A stretch of DNA of 64,000 nt from an uncultured Poribacteria bacterium (GCA_958296135.2 CATQHZ020000001.1:1920001-1984000); one strand, 5' to 3'. Shown: positions 20,391 to 31,904, numbered from the stretch's first letter. Notes: generated by a model not told the origin, from the letters alone. Numbers and translations: made by a program.

Positions 20391-21449
20391 TTACGTCAAA
20401 TCCGCCAACTGCGGCATCACCTCATTCCGCAGCAAATCCATGGAATGCACCCACTGCTCCTTGGGCTCCCACTCATGTCCCATCGTGAGGAGCATGCCGA
20501 AGCCGCCGACTTCCTCATAGAGTTCGCGCAGACGGTTCGCGACATGCTCAGGGCTGCCGACAATCCACAGCGTATCTAAAAGATGCTCCAGACATGCCTC
20601 GACATCAGCAATGTCCGGATCTTGCTTGAATTTCTCCCATCCGAACAGACGGAACCAGTAATCTCGGAAATCGCGGGCGAGTGTGCCTTCGAGTGCCTCT
20701 TTGCGCGCCCGTTCGGTTGTATCGGCGACGTAGACCTCGCGGGCGATGCGCCAGGTAGAACGAGAGGGCGAGCGCCCGGTTTTTGCCGCCCCTTCCTCAA
20801 CGGCATCCCAGTGCGTTTTGATAACAGAAACCGGTGCGAGATTGATGCTCATCGGCATCCAGCCACGCTCGCCCGCTAAGATGAGCGTGTCGGATTTGGT
20901 AGAAGAGCCAGCTAGCGCAATTGGCGGGTGCGGTTTCTGATACGGCTTCATGTGGATGCTGACGATGTCCGGGCGCGTTTCAGGGATTTTGAACTCCCAG
21001 AAATCGCTTTTGTAGTGGCCGGGCTCCGGGTCCTCCCAGATTTTGAGGACAGCCTCAATGCCCTCGCGCGTCGCGCGCCGTCTGTCGCCATCAGCCATGA
21101 ACATCTCCGCGTCGCTTGGGGTGGAACTCGAGCCGACACCCCAGTGGAAACGTCCATGTGCAAGATGGTCCAGTTGCGCGATGCGATGCGCGACAACCGC
21201 GGGGTTGTGTATCGGCATGCAGGTAATCCCGGTGCCGAAGATGATGTTTTCTGTCATCGCGACCGCTTTCGCGATGAAGAGATCCGGGGATGGGATATTC
21301 TCCCACGTGAAGGTGAAATGCTCACCGATGTAGGCTTCTTTGTAGCCCATCCGGTCCAGCGTCACCATCTGCGCCATGTCATCGTCCAGCGTTTTCGTGG
21401 TGTCGCTACCGGGGGGATGCAACGGCATCGTGAAAAAACCGAGTTCCAT
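20391..21449 (-). CDS. LLM-class flavin-dependent oxidoreductase
   Basis: MELGFFTMP, IGEH, AHRIAQLDHLAHGR, VGSPEHV. Confidence 0.88.
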   Translation of the reverse strand: MELGFFTMPLHPPGSDTTKTLDDDMAQMVTLDRMGYKEAYIGEHFTFTWENIPSPDLFIAKAVAMTENIIFGTGITCMPIHNPAVVAHRIAQLDHLAHGRFHWGVGSSSTPSDAEMFMADGDRRRATREGIEAVLKIWEDPEPGHYKSDFWEFKIPETRPDIVSIHMKPYQKPHPPIALAGSSTKSDTLILAGERGWMPMSINLAPVSVIKTHWDAVEEGAAKTGRSPSRSTWRIAREVYVADTTERARKEALEGTLARDFRDYWFRLFGWEKFKQDPDIADVEACLEHLLDTLWIVGSPEHVANRLRELYEEVGGFGMLLTMGHEWEPKEQWVHSMDLLRNEVMPQLADLT

Positions 21450-21763
21450 GAAAGTGCTCCTCTTGTAAGCGGGCGTATTCTGTCCGATGCGTGGTTGGAA
21501 ACCGCGCCTACGGGGCCCGTTTCCGCGTAACTTATTTAAAAAACGTGACAATCTAGGCAAAATGTGTTATTATATGCATGCATTTCTTGTTATGAAGGTT
21601 CCGTAATTAAGGCGGGCATTTTCGGATGGCGTGCCGCGAGAGACTGTAAAGGCGGATTTCTATAGTTTCCGCCCGTATCGCTCGCCAGAAATAACCCGTT
21701 TATTTTTTGAATCTTCATTACAAGAAATTAGCATAAACTCAAACATTTTGCAAGGAGAATTTT

Positions 21764-22960
21764 ATGAAACTCAAATTTTTCACGTTAACGGCATTCGTTT
21801 TGCTTTCCGTTCTCATCGTCTGCCTGTCAGGGTGTGAACGGGTAAGAACGGTGGTTGTGCCCGATGATACAGCCGCACCGATGGCGGATGCGACACTAAA
21901 AATCGGGGTGATTCAGCCATCGAATACCTTCTCCACCTTTAGCCAAGGTGCGGAAACTGCACGCGCTCAAATTAACGAAAAAGGCGGCGTGCTCGGCATG
22001 CAGGTGGAGTTTATCTCGCGGGATAACCAACCCGTGGCGACTGCACCCCCAACACCGGAAGCCAGCGCGATCGCGGCGACTGAACTCATTGAAATGGCGA
22101 ACGTCTTCGCGCTCCTCGGCCCGGTCTACTCTACCAATACTGTCGCCGTGGGCCCAATTGCGCAAGAGGCACAGCGGCTCTTGCTGCCCGGTTCAAGCGG
22201 TTCGCACGTACCAGAGAGCGGGAATCACGTTTTCCTCATCACCGTGCCAAACGCCTTCCAAGGCAGTGTCATGGCGAAATTCGCGATGGATGCTGATGAA
22301 CTCGGTGCCAAAACGGCGGCGACAATTCATCAGCGCGACGACGTTTACTCCGATGATCTGGTGCAGGCATTTCAAACCGCTTTTCAGGAAATGGGCGGTG
22401 AAATCGTCAGCAGCAGCACCTATACCGTCGGTGATGCGACGTTTAGCGAATTGCTGGCAGAAATTAGCGCGGTAAATCCTGACGTTGTTTTCTGTCCGAG
22501 TTTCCTCCCAGAAGTCCCACTGCTCATCAATGAGGCACGGAAGATAGGCATCAACGCGCCCTTCCTCGGCGGCAGTGCTTGGGATGACAGAGAGCGGTTC
22601 CTCAGTATTTTGGAGGATAACACCGTTTTAAATGGAAGTTACTATCCCACGAACTTCTCAGTGGCTACCCAGGATGCCGATGTGCAAGAATTCGTGCAGG
22701 GCTATATGGCACTCTTTGAGAGTCCGCCTGATGGCATCGCCGCATCAGGCTACGATGCAATGCGGCTCTTGGCATTGGCGATAGAGACAGCCGGTTCGCT
22801 GGACGCGGTTGCTGTTCGCGATGCCTTCGCCGCAGTCAGCGGTTACAAAGGGGCCACAACAATTTCGCACTACACCGAAAACCGGCACCCTGTCAAGAGT
22901 CTCGCCATCCAGACATATCGCGAGGGACAGGTAGAGCTCTACAAAATCGTGGAGCCGTAG
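21764..22960 (+). CDS. LivK-like ABC substrate-binding lipoprotein
   Basis: Lipobox LSGC, INEKGGVLG, LGPVYS, GYDA. Confidence 0.85.
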   Translation: MKLKFFTLTAFVLLSVLIVCLSGCERVRTVVVPDDTAAPMADATLKIGVIQPSNTFSTFSQGAETARAQINEKGGVLGMQVEFISRDNQPVATAPPTPEASAIAATELIEMANVFALLGPVYSTNTVAVGPIAQEAQRLLLPGSSGSHVPESGNHVFLITVPNAFQGSVMAKFAMDADELGAKTAATIHQRDDVYSDDLVQAFQTAFQEMGGEIVSSSTYTVGDATFSELLAEISAVNPDVVFCPSFLPEVPLLINEARKIGINAPFLGGSAWDDRERFLSILEDNTVLNGSYYPTNFSVATQDADVQEFVQGYMALFESPPDGIAASGYDAMRLLALAIETAGSLDAVAVRDAFAAVSGYKGATTISHYTENRHPVKSLAIQTYREGQVELYKIVEP

Positions 22961-23031
22961 TCTCGCTGTTGGACTGTTATGGGCGGCTTTTTATATCCAC
23001 CCGAGCCGCCCATTTTCGGAGGGAGATTCGT

Positions 23032-24075
23032 ATGACACAAACCATTCACCTGGGAGTCGTTGGCTGTGGCTGGGCAGGTTGCCAAGCCATCCGCGCCGCG
23101 AACGCGACATCTCGGTTAAACGTTATCGCCATCGCCGAACGTGACTCAAGTCGCCGGGAGCAGGCAGGCACTGACTATGCAGTTCCACATCACCACAGCG
23201 ACTATCAAGAGCTCTTGGAGAATGCCGATGTTGATGCTGTCTACCTCGCCACATCTCCTGCGGGCCGCTTGCAGCAGGTGTTGGATACATTGAGTGCTGG
23301 CAAGCACGTCTTGGTTCAGAAACCGCATGCGATTCGCGCGCCGGAAATCCTAGAGATGGAAGCGGCGGCGGCGCAATCCGGGAAAACGCTCCAATTCTGC
23401 TATTTTATGCGTCACTTTCCGCAGAATCGGCAAATTCGACGGGCAATTCAGAACGGGAAAATCGGCACGCCATACCACGCCCGCGTCTTCGGGAAATATA
23501 ACTTCATTCCCGATTTTGATGAAAATAGCCGCTGGCTGCACGTCTACGGACAAAAAGGCGGTTCATTGGGACAACACTATTCACACGAGCTCAACCTCAC
23601 GTGGTGGTGGATGGGCTGTCCGAAACCAGAGTGGGCGTTTGCATCCAGGCATGTGCTTTATCCGCAGTATGACGGACCGGAGGGGCCTGCCGAGGATTAT
23701 TTCAGCGGCCTCGTCGGCTGCGAAGGTGGGAAAACCCTCCAGATTGACTGCTCCCGGATGAGCCATTCGGATTCGGCGAGTGTTGTTGAATTTTACGGGA
23801 CTACCGGTGCAATCACGAACGGCGGCATCTCGCGATTCAAAGATGGCGAATTCATCAGAGAACCAATCGATGAACCGGTAGAAATCGAGCACGGTGAGTT
23901 ACCAGAAGAGGTCCCGGTTTTCTTCTATGAGCTCAACCACTTTGCGATGGCCATCGCGGGGGAAATCGCGCCGGATGTTTCCGCTGACGATGCCTATACG
24001 TTCATGAAAATTTTGGATGCCCTCTACGACAGCGCGAAGAGTGGGGAGAAAGTTTATATCGCTCATCAACGGTAG
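23032..24075 (+). CDS. Gfo/Idh/MocA oxidoreductase
   Basis: GVVGCG, GKHVLVQKP. Confidence 0.88.
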   Translation: MTQTIHLGVVGCGWAGCQAIRAANATSRLNVIAIAERDSSRREQAGTDYAVPHHHSDYQELLENADVDAVYLATSPAGRLQQVLDTLSAGKHVLVQKPHAIRAPEILEMEAAAAQSGKTLQFCYFMRHFPQNRQIRRAIQNGKIGTPYHARVFGKYNFIPDFDENSRWLHVYGQKGGSLGQHYSHELNLTWWWMGCPKPEWAFASRHVLYPQYDGPEGPAEDYFSGLVGCEGGKTLQIDCSRMSHSDSASVVEFYGTTGAITNGGISRFKDGEFIREPIDEPVEIEHGELPEEVPVFFYELNHFAMAIAGEIAPDVSADDAYTFMKILDALYDSAKSGEKVYIAHQR

Positions 24076-24111
24076 GCGCGCTTTAGTAGCGCGCTGTAAG
24101 GAGAGCACATT

Positions 24112-25059
24112 GTGAAAGCCATTGTGACAAGACTTTTGCCAGATAAACGACGCGAGAAGGTTGTCGTTACTGACTGGCCAGAACCTGCACCGCCTGTCGG
24201 CAACGAAGTGCTCTGCGAGGCCGTCTACACAGGGCTCACCAACGGCACTGAACGCAACCAAATCATCGGCGGCAACTATTCGGCCCCGGATGAACGCTTG
24301 CCAGCAGGCGGCGGGTATCAGAACGTCGGCCGTGTCACTGAGACGGGCCCGGACGTAACCCAACTCCAGCGCGGTGCGCTCATCTACGCTAGCAAGGACC
24401 ACGTGGAAAGGTTCACCATTGCAGAAGATGGACTCCTGCTGAAATTGCCAGCGGACATTGAACCGGCTGAAGCAGCCCTTTTCGGTATTTCCGGCGTGGC
24501 GATGCACTGCTGCCGCCGCATTGAGCCGCGCATCGGCGAAAAGGTGCTAATCATTGGACAAGGATGCATCGGCATGTTTGCGGCGCAAATCGCCAACGCT
24601 ATGGGCGCGCGTGTCACGGTGTGTGATATTGAAGAATCTCGCCTAGCCCAAGCAAGACAACTCAGCGCAGCAGAACAGGTTCTCAATACCAGCGGCGATG
24701 GTTGGGAAACCCAGATAGAAGCCGACGCTTACGATGCTGTCATGGACTTCGCCGGTGCCCCTGACATGGTAACATCAATGATACGTGCCTGCAAGCCGCG
24801 CGGACGAGTGCTGTTAGTCGCTGGACGATTTGACGTGAACTACACCTTCAACGTCGGGCAACACAAGGAGATCGGCGTTTTGCAGTGTAGTCACTTCACA
24901 TGCGATGATTTGGAAAACGTCTGTCGACTTCTTCGGCAAGGCACTTTCAGCATCGCGCCGCTCATCCGGCATCGGGTGCATGTCGACGAAGCACCGCAGA
25001 TATATCGGTGGCTCCGCGATGAACCGATGCGTTTGTTGGGCACAGTCTTTGAATGGTAG
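24112..25059 (+). CDS. Medium-chain (zinc-type) dehydrogenase
   Basis: GTE, GYQNVG, IGQGCIG; GTG start after AAGGAG. Confidence 0.82.
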   Translation: MKAIVTRLLPDKRREKVVVTDWPEPAPPVGNEVLCEAVYTGLTNGTERNQIIGGNYSAPDERLPAGGGYQNVGRVTETGPDVTQLQRGALIYASKDHVERFTIAEDGLLLKLPADIEPAEAALFGISGVAMHCCRRIEPRIGEKVLIIGQGCIGMFAAQIANAMGARVTVCDIEESRLAQARQLSAAEQVLNTSGDGWETQIEADAYDAVMDFAGAPDMVTSMIRACKPRGRVLLVAGRFDVNYTFNVGQHKEIGVLQCSHFTCDDLENVCRLLRQGTFSIAPLIRHRVHVDEAPQIYRWLRDEPMRLLGTVFEW

Positions 25060-25156
25060 GCGCGCGTTGTGAAGGACAGATGTCTCTAGCTGCCCGCTAC
25101 GGAATAGAACGGGCGGAGATAGAAATCCGCCCTTAAACAGTAAGGAGAAAGACTTC

Positions 25157-26122
25157 ATGTCAAACGTTAGATTAGGTTTTATCGGCACGGGCGGCAATAT
25201 GAACCGCCATCTGCGCGAATTGACAGAGATTGGTGGCACGAAATTTGTCGCCTTTTGCGATATTGTCGTTGAAAAGGCGGAGAAAGCCGTAACGCACTAC
25301 GGCGGCAAGGCATACGCCGACTACAACCAGATGCTGGCGCAGGAGGAATTAGACGCAGTTTACATCTCCATTCCGCCGTTCGCGCACGGCGCGCCGGAGA
25401 AAGCTGTCATCGCCGCGGGACTGCCGATGTTCGTCGAAAAGCCGGTGCACATGGATGCCGACGAAGCGAAGGAAATCGCCGCGCAAATTGAGGAAAATGG
25501 CATCATCACCGCGACCGGATATCAGGAACGTTACCTTGATATTATTGACAAGGCGCAGGAGCTCCTCGCCTCCCGACGCGTTGGGTTTTTCATGGGCTAC
25601 TGGATGGGCGGCATGCCCGGCGGCTGGTGGCGCGATAAGTCAAAATCCGGCGGGCAACTCATGGAGCAAACAACGCACGAGTTTGACATGGCGCGTTATC
25701 TGTTCGGCGAGGTGAAGACTGTCTATGCCGTTGCGCGCAACGGGCTGGTGCCGGATGCCGATTACGATATTGAGGAAGCATCCGCTGTCTCATTGCAATT
25801 TGAGAGCGGCGTTTTCGGTGTCATGTTCTCCGCCTGCTTCACCACGACAGGCCTCATCCGTTCCGGGTTAGATATCTTCTGTCAGGACGGTTCGCTGGAA
25901 TATCGCCTCCGGCGCGCCCTAGTGCTCTCCACGGCGGAAGGCGAAACTCGGTGGGAGCCGCAGAATAATTGCACCATCGACATGGACAGCACCTTTATTG
26001 AAGCTGTCCGCACCGGGGATGGCAGCAACATCCGTTCGCCCTATGCGGATGCCGCCAAAACGGCGATTCTGTCCATCGCAGCGAATCACTCTTTGGCTAC
26101 CGGGGAACCTGTTCATTTGTAG
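25157..26122 (+). CDS. Gfo/Idh/MocA oxidoreductase
   Basis: GFIGTG, FVEKP, SGGQLMEQTTH. Confidence 0.9.
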   Translation: MSNVRLGFIGTGGNMNRHLRELTEIGGTKFVAFCDIVVEKAEKAVTHYGGKAYADYNQMLAQEELDAVYISIPPFAHGAPEKAVIAAGLPMFVEKPVHMDADEAKEIAAQIEENGIITATGYQERYLDIIDKAQELLASRRVGFFMGYWMGGMPGGWWRDKSKSGGQLMEQTTHEFDMARYLFGEVKTVYAVARNGLVPDADYDIEEASAVSLQFESGVFGVMFSACFTTTGLIRSGLDIFCQDGSLEYRLRRALVLSTAEGETRWEPQNNCTIDMDSTFIEAVRTGDGSNIRSPYADAAKTAILSIAANHSLATGEPVHL

Positions 26123-26170
26123 AGATACCGGTGCCATAGGTGCACTATCGGTTTTGTAGGATTCATAAAA

Positions 26171-28543
26171 ATGGAACACCACATCACCCTTCCCATCACC
26201 GGGATGCATTGCGAAAACTGCGCCTCACTTATCACGCGGAACCTAAAAAAGATGGAGGGCATTCTGTCCGCGGATGTCAGCATCGCTACGGAGCAGGCGG
26301 CCGTCACATTTGATGCGGACTCCGTAAGCGAGGACGCTATCGTCGACAAAATCCGCGCCCTCGGATTTGACGTTGTCGATGCAGACGCGGAATCAACGGC
26401 GCGCGCAGCGGAATTCCAGCGACAAAAGTTGCAATTCACCGTCGGCGTGGTTCTCACGCTACCGCTTTTCCTGCTCAGCATGGGGAGAGATTTTGGGGTT
26501 ATCGGCGGCTGGGCACACGCGCCGTGGGTTAACGGACTCATGTTCGCCTTGGCGGCACCGGTGCAGTTTTACGTCGGTTGGGACTACTACGTCGGTGGAT
26601 TTAAGGCACTGCGCAACCGGGCTGCCAATATGGATGTGCTCGTCGCGATGGGCTCCTCTGTAGCGTTTCTTTATAGCGTCGCTGTCATGCTTGCCGGGTT
26701 CGCGGGGATAGGCGCGCTCGGCATGCATGTCTATTTTGAGACAGCAGCGGTGATTATCGTGCTGATTAAATTAGGGAAATTGCTGGAGGCACGCGCCAAA
26801 GGACAGACGAGCGCGGCTCTCAAAAAGCTGCTAGGGCTATCGCCAAAAACGGCGTGTCTCCTGGTAGGAGGGACCTCTGGTTCTGACAGAGAAGAACAGC
26901 AAATCCCTATCGTGCAGGTTGCAGTGGGACATCTACTCATCGTGCGCCCCGGCGAGAGCATTCCTGTCGATGGTGTCGTGCGCGAAGGCGAAAGCGCGGT
27001 TGACGAAAGCATCTTCACCGGCGAAAGCCTCCCGGTAGATAAAAAACAAGGGAGTGAAGTAACCGCGGCAACGATTAACCAAAGCGGCATGCTGACGATT
27101 GAGGCGACGCGCGTCGGTTCGGAAACCGCCCTCGCGCGCCTCATCCAACTCGTGCAGGCGACGCAGCAGAGCAAGGCACCCATCCAACGCGCCGCCGATG
27201 CCGTGGCGAGTGTCTTTGTACCAATCGTTATCGGAATCGCCTTCGTGACATTCTTCGCGTGGTGGCTCTTGGTTGGGGCGGGATTTACCCCGGCGATGCT
27301 CCGACTGGTAGCAGTGTTAGTCATCGCGTGTCCGTGTGCATTAGGGCTTGCTACGCCGACAGCCGTCATGGTAGGCACCGGCATCGGTGCGCAGCGCGGC
27401 ATCCTCTTCAGAAATACCGAAGCACTCGAACGCGCGGGGGCGTTATCAACTGTTGTCCTTGACAAGACCGGCACCTTGACACAAGGAAAGCTCACGCTTA
27501 CGGACATCATCGTGCGGGAGGGAGCGCGCTTGGAAAGCGCGCCTACCGGGCAAGAGGAGCATCGAGACAGGAGGGCTCTCCTACGGCTTGCTGCTTCTGC
27601 CGAGCGTGGGAGTGAGCATCCTATCGGCAAGGCAATCGTCCGCGCCGCCGCCGAAAGCGGGATTGATACCGTCGTGCCTCCCCAATTCACGGCAGTCGCG
27701 GGGCACGGCATCATAGCACAATTAGAACTCCCCAATGACAGAGAATCCGAGCCCGTAGGCGCGCTTTGCAAGGGCACTAACGTCATTATCGGCACCCCCG
27801 CGCTCCTGCACCAACACGGAATTTCCACCGTAGGAGAGCCCTCCCGGTCTCGATTCAGCGAAGAGCCCTCCCGCTCTCAACTCGCCTTAGAAGCAGAACG
27901 CTTGCAAACTGAAGCAAAAACTGTGCTTTGGGTAGCCATCAACGGACAAACCGAGGGCCTCATCGCCGTTGCAGATACGCTGAAGCCGGAGGCGAAAGAG
28001 GCAGTTGCAGAACTCCGCCACCTCGGTTGCACGGTGACAATGATGACCGGGGATAACCACGCAACCGCCGAGGCCATTGCCAAAGCCGCCGGGATTGACG
28101 ATGTCATGGCGGAACTTTTGCCGGAAGACAAGGCATCCGCGCTGGAGAAAAAACAGACTGAAACTGATGGCCTTGTTGCCATGGTAGGCGATGGCATCAA
28201 CGACGCGCCCGCGCTCGCGCAAGCAGATGTCGGCATGGCACTCGGCACTGGCACCGATATCGCCATGGAAACAGCAGCTCTGACGCTCATGCACGGCGAG
28301 CTGCGCGCAATTCCTGAAGCGATTCGCCTCAGCCGCGCCACGATGCGCACGATTCGACAGAACCTCTTCTGGGCATTTTTTTACAATGTGCTGTTAATTC
28401 CCCTCGCAGCGGGGGTGCTGTATCCGTTAACCTTCCTGCCGATGATGCTCCGCGAATTGCATCCGATGCTAGCGGCGTTTGCGATGGCGTTTAGCAGTGT
28501 CTCGGTGGTGCTAAATAGTTTGCGTTTGCAATGGAGAAAGTGA
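26171..28543 (+). CDS. copA: Cu(I)-translocating P1B-type ATPase with REP-derived in-frame inserts
   Basis: [38 protein letters not shown]. Confidence 0.93.
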   Translation: MEHHITLPITGMHCENCASLITRNLKKMEGILSADVSIATEQAAVTFDADSVSEDAIVDKIRALGFDVVDADAESTARAAEFQRQKLQFTVGVVLTLPLFLLSMGRDFGVIGGWAHAPWVNGLMFALAAPVQFYVGWDYYVGGFKALRNRAANMDVLVAMGSSVAFLYSVAVMLAGFAGIGALGMHVYFETAAVIIVLIKLGKLLEARAKGQTSAALKKLLGLSPKTACLLVGGTSGSDREEQQIPIVQVAVGHLLIVRPGESIPVDGVVREGESAVDESIFTGESLPVDKKQGSEVTAATINQSGMLTIEATRVGSETALARLIQLVQATQQSKAPIQRAADAVASVFVPIVIGIAFVTFFAWWLLVGAGFTPAMLRLVAVLVIACPCALGLATPTAVMVGTGIGAQRGILFRNTEALERAGALSTVVLDKTGTLTQGKLTLTDIIVREGARLESAPTGQEEHRDRRALLRLAASAERGSEHPIGKAIVRAAAESGIDTVVPPQFTAVAGHGIIAQLELPNDRESEPVGALCKGTNVIIGTPALLHQHGISTVGEPSRSRFSEEPSRSQLALEAERLQTEAKTVLWVAINGQTEGLIAVADTLKPEAKEAVAELRHLGCTVTMMTGDNHATAEAIAKAAGIDDVMAELLPEDKASALEKKQTETDGLVAMVGDGINDAPALAQADVGMALGTGTDIAMETAALTLMHGELRAIPEAIRLSRATMRTIRQNLFWAFFYNVLLIPLAAGVLYPLTFLPMMLRELHPMLAAFAMAFSSVSVVLNSLRLQWRK

Positions 28544-31500
28544 TGATAACTTACGGAACAATCGTTGAATCCGAACTCTGGCCAGAACCGGTTCAAGTTA
28601 TTGCCTACCAGCGGCTTCCCGATGGAGATGTCCATATCGTCGGTAGATTGACGCATTCGCAACGACAGATTAACCAGGAGCTCACGTCGGAGGAGGCAGC
28701 AACGTTGAAAACCGCCTCGGCACAACTGGATTGGACAGCGGATGCGCGACACGCCTTCCTCAGCCTCGAAGCGAAACGTTACCGATACGCTGCCCTCTAC
28801 GCTCCGACTTTAGCGGTGAGTATTTCCAAAGTGGATCCGCTCCCGCATCAGATCGAAGCAGTGTGGCAGGTTCTGAAACAGACGCGCATCCGCTTCCTCA
28901 TCGCCGATGACCCGGGTGCCGGCAAGACGATTATGGCGGGGCTCATCGCGAAGGAACTCAAACTCCGCAATCAAGCGCAACGCATCTTGATTGTCGCCCC
29001 CGGACATCTCGTCGCGCAGTGGAGATACGAACTGAAAAATCGGTTTGAGGAGAATTTCACCGAAGTCACGCGCGCTTATGTCAACGCGCGTTCACAGGAA
29101 AACGTTTGGGCGCGCGAACATCAACTAATCACCTCCATGGATTTCGCCCGGCAGGAAGACATCCGCGATGCCATCGCGAACGCGCATTTTGACCTGGTTA
29201 TCGTAGACGAAGCGCATAAGATGGCTGCCTATCAGTATGGCGACAAAATTGAGAAAACGAAGCGGTACCAGTTGGGCGAATGCCTCTCTCGCCACACCAC
29301 GCACCTCCTCTTCCTCACAGCAACACCACACCGGGGCGATTCCGAAAACTTCCGGCTTTTCCTCGATTTGCTTGAGCCCGGCTTCTTCGCCGATGCCGCC
29401 CAAATTCAGGAATCCATTCGGCAACAAGACAATCCCCTCTTTATCCGCAGAATAAAGGAAACCCTCAGGGATTTTGAAGGGAAACCCCTCTTCCTGCCGC
29501 GTCATGTAAAGACGCACCCGTTCCATATCGGTTCAGAGTCCGAAGCCGAGATGAACCTCTATAATGCCCTCTCGGATTACATCAGAGAGCAGTATAACCG
29601 CTTTTCCGAGGAGTCACAAAAGCGAAACAACGTCGCCTTCGCCTTAGTCATCTTACAGCGGCGGCTCGCCTCCAGCACGCAGGCACTCTGTTTATCCCTC
29701 CAACGCCGAAAACAGCGGCTCATAGAACTGCGCCAGAAAGCCGCAATACTAGCGGATACCGTGCCAAACCAACAGGCCCTCGACGAAGCGGAAGACCGGG
29801 AGGAAACCGAACGGTGGGAGCTTGAGGAGAAGTGGGAAGTCCTCTCTGTCGCCGGGAACCGCGAAGAACTAGAAGACGAAATCGATACGCTAAACCGCCT
29901 CAAACGCGACGCGCAACGGATTATTGACAACGAAAGCGAACTCAAACTTAAGGCACTCCGAGAGGCACTTGATGAACTGAACCGGGACTACCCGAATCAG
30001 AAAATTCTCATCTTCACCGAGTATTTTGATACGCTGGATTACCTTGAGCAGAAGGTAAAGACGTGGGGGTTTTCTGTCTCCGTCATCCACGGAAAAATGC
30101 AGCACGAACATCGGATAGCGGCACAGGAAACGTTCCGCAACGAAACGCAGCTCCTCCTCGCAACCGAAGCAGCGGGCGAAGGCATTAACCTCCAATTCTG
30201 CCACCTCATGCTCAACTATGATCTGCCGTGGAACCCGAATCGGTTGGAGCAGCGGATGGGGCGTATCCACCGATACGGACAGAAAAATGAAGTCCATGTC
30301 ATTAATCTCGTGTCCACCGATACGCGAGAGGGAGCCGTCTTTAACCGTCTTTTTGATAAACTAGAAACGATTCGCGCCGAGCTCGGCAGCGACAGGGTTT
30401 ACGATGTCATCGGCGAACTCTTCCCGAAGAAGAATCTGGCACAGCTCATTTTGGAAGCCGCAACGAACGCGCGCGGCCATAACCAACAAATCATTGACGA
30501 AATTGAAACGACGCTGGACAAGGCGCAACTCAACTTCCTGAAAGAGTTCAATCAGGATACGCTTGTTTCGCCGTTCATTAACCTACCGCAGGTGAAGGAG
30601 CTCCAGCAGCAGTCGCGCGAACACGGCCTCATCCCGGAATACACGCGCGAATTCTTCCGGAAAGCATTTGAAACCCTCGGCGGTGAACTCCGGCCCCGCA
30701 GAGACGGATTTTTCACGGTCCCACGCATCCCTGCCGAAATCCGGAGAATTGCACAGAAAACACCCAACGCCAGTAGGAGAGACCTCCGGACCCGAAAAGT
30801 GACGTTCGACAAATCCCTCGCGCAGACGGACCCAACGGCAGAATTCATCTCGTTCGGGCACCCCCTCTTTGAGGCAGTCATCCAATGGGCAGAGCAAACT
30901 CTCGCCGATGCCCTCAAAACCGGTGCCTGCTTTGAAGACCCGGGTGGCAAATTCAATGGCGTTATCGTCTTCTACGAAGGCGAAATCCGAGACGGTGCAG
31001 ACGATGTCGCCGGAAAACGGCTCTTCGCCTTCTACCTCCCCGAAAACGCCGCCGGTGTGGAAACGCTTAATCCGACACTTATCTGGGACTTCCAAGAGGC
31101 AGAACCGACTCCGGAAACAGAACCAATGCAGATAGCAGAACTTGATGCAAAGGTAGGCGCGCAACTCCGTCAGCAGCTTAAGGAGTATCAGGACCAGCTT
31201 ACCAAGGAGCGGCAACGACAGGTGGACATCAAAAGGCGATACGGGGTCGCCTCGTTGGAGCGGCTCATCATCAAACTAGATGGCAAACTGCTAAAGTTGG
31301 ATATCCGTAGCAACAACGGCGAAGATGTCCGGCTTGTCAGACAAAACAAGGAGGAACAGAAAACCCGTTACGAAGACGAAAAAGAGCGGTTGGAGAAGGC
31401 GTGTCAGCAAGAAGTGACGCTTTCCAGAAAGCCGCCTATCTTCGCCGGTGCGATTCGCGTCAGACCGGCGGCGGATGCGGATGCCGTCATGAAAACCGCC

Positions 31501-31866
31501 CCGGAAATCGAACGCATCGGCATGGAAGAAGCCACCCGCTATGAGGAAGCGCGAGGCAACACCGTTGAGGATATCTCCGCAGAGAACCTCGGCTTCGATC
31601 TTCGTTCAACGACACCGGATGGCACCATCCGATGCATTGAGGTAAAGGCACGCGCGGGCCGCGACCCGGTTGTCCTCACCCGCAACGAGTGGCACAAAGC
31701 GAAGCAGCTGCAGGGTGCCTATTATCTCTACGTCGTCTTCAATGCCGCGACAGAGCCGGAACTTCACCGCATTCAGAACCCGGCGGAGCGGCTTCCTAAC
31801 GTGATGCCTATCACGGAGGTTCGGTATCAGGTCTCGGTTTCGGAAATAGTGAGACATGGTCGATAA
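28543..31866 (+). CDS. SNF2/RapA-like helicase with C-terminal DUF3883 nuclease domain
   Basis: ADDPGAGKT, DEAH, TATPH, EGINLQ, QRMGRIHR; C-terminal GFDL...IEVKAR..LTRNEW. Start could also be 28531 or 28540. Confidence 0.9.
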   Translation: MITYGTIVESELWPEPVQVIAYQRLPDGDVHIVGRLTHSQRQINQELTSEEAATLKTASAQLDWTADARHAFLSLEAKRYRYAALYAPTLAVSISKVDPLPHQIEAVWQVLKQTRIRFLIADDPGAGKTIMAGLIAKELKLRNQAQRILIVAPGHLVAQWRYELKNRFEENFTEVTRAYVNARSQENVWAREHQLITSMDFARQEDIRDAIANAHFDLVIVDEAHKMAAYQYGDKIEKTKRYQLGECLSRHTTHLLFLTATPHRGDSENFRLFLDLLEPGFFADAAQIQESIRQQDNPLFIRRIKETLRDFEGKPLFLPRHVKTHPFHIGSESEAEMNLYNALSDYIREQYNRFSEESQKRNNVAFALVILQRRLASSTQALCLSLQRRKQRLIELRQKAAILADTVPNQQALDEAEDREETERWELEEKWEVLSVAGNREELEDEIDTLNRLKRDAQRIIDNESELKLKALREALDELNRDYPNQKILIFTEYFDTLDYLEQKVKTWGFSVSVIHGKMQHEHRIAAQETFRNETQLLLATEAAGEGINLQFCHLMLNYDLPWNPNRLEQRMGRIHRYGQKNEVHVINLVSTDTREGAVFNRLFDKLETIRAELGSDRVYDVIGELFPKKNLAQLILEAATNARGHNQQIIDEIETTLDKAQLNFLKEFNQDTLVSPFINLPQVKELQQQSREHGLIPEYTREFFRKAFETLGGELRPRRDGFFTVPRIPAEIRRIAQKTPNASRRDLRTRKVTFDKSLAQTDPTAEFISFGHPLFEAVIQWAEQTLADALKTGACFEDPGGKFNGVIVFYEGEIRDGADDVAGKRLFAFYLPENAAGVETLNPTLIWDFQEAEPTPETEPMQIAELDAKVGAQLRQQLKEYQDQLTKERQRQVDIKRRYGVASLERLIIKLDGKLLKLDIRSNNGEDVRLVRQNKEEQKTRYEDEKERLEKACQQEVTLSRKPPIFAGAIRVRPAADADAVMKTAPEIERIGMEEATRYEEARGNTVEDISAENLGFDLRSTTPDGTIRCIEVKARAGRDPVVLTRNEWHKAKQLQGAYYLYVVFNAATEPELHRIQNPAERLPNVMPITEVRYQVSVSEIVRHGR

Positions 31867-31875
31867 AAACTTAAT

Positions 31876-31904
31876 TTGACAAATTAGGATTTATATAGTA
31901 TCAT
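31876..31904 (+). promoter_or_regulatory. Promoter for the TIR cassette
   Basis: TTGACA-N17-TATCAT. Confidence 0.65.

Noticed and set aside
21575-21710. Riboswitch upstream of the LivK-like gene
   Set aside because: No convincing consensus for a known class; the main hairpin GGCGGATTTCTA..TCCGCC belongs to a repeat also at about 25110 and 58220.
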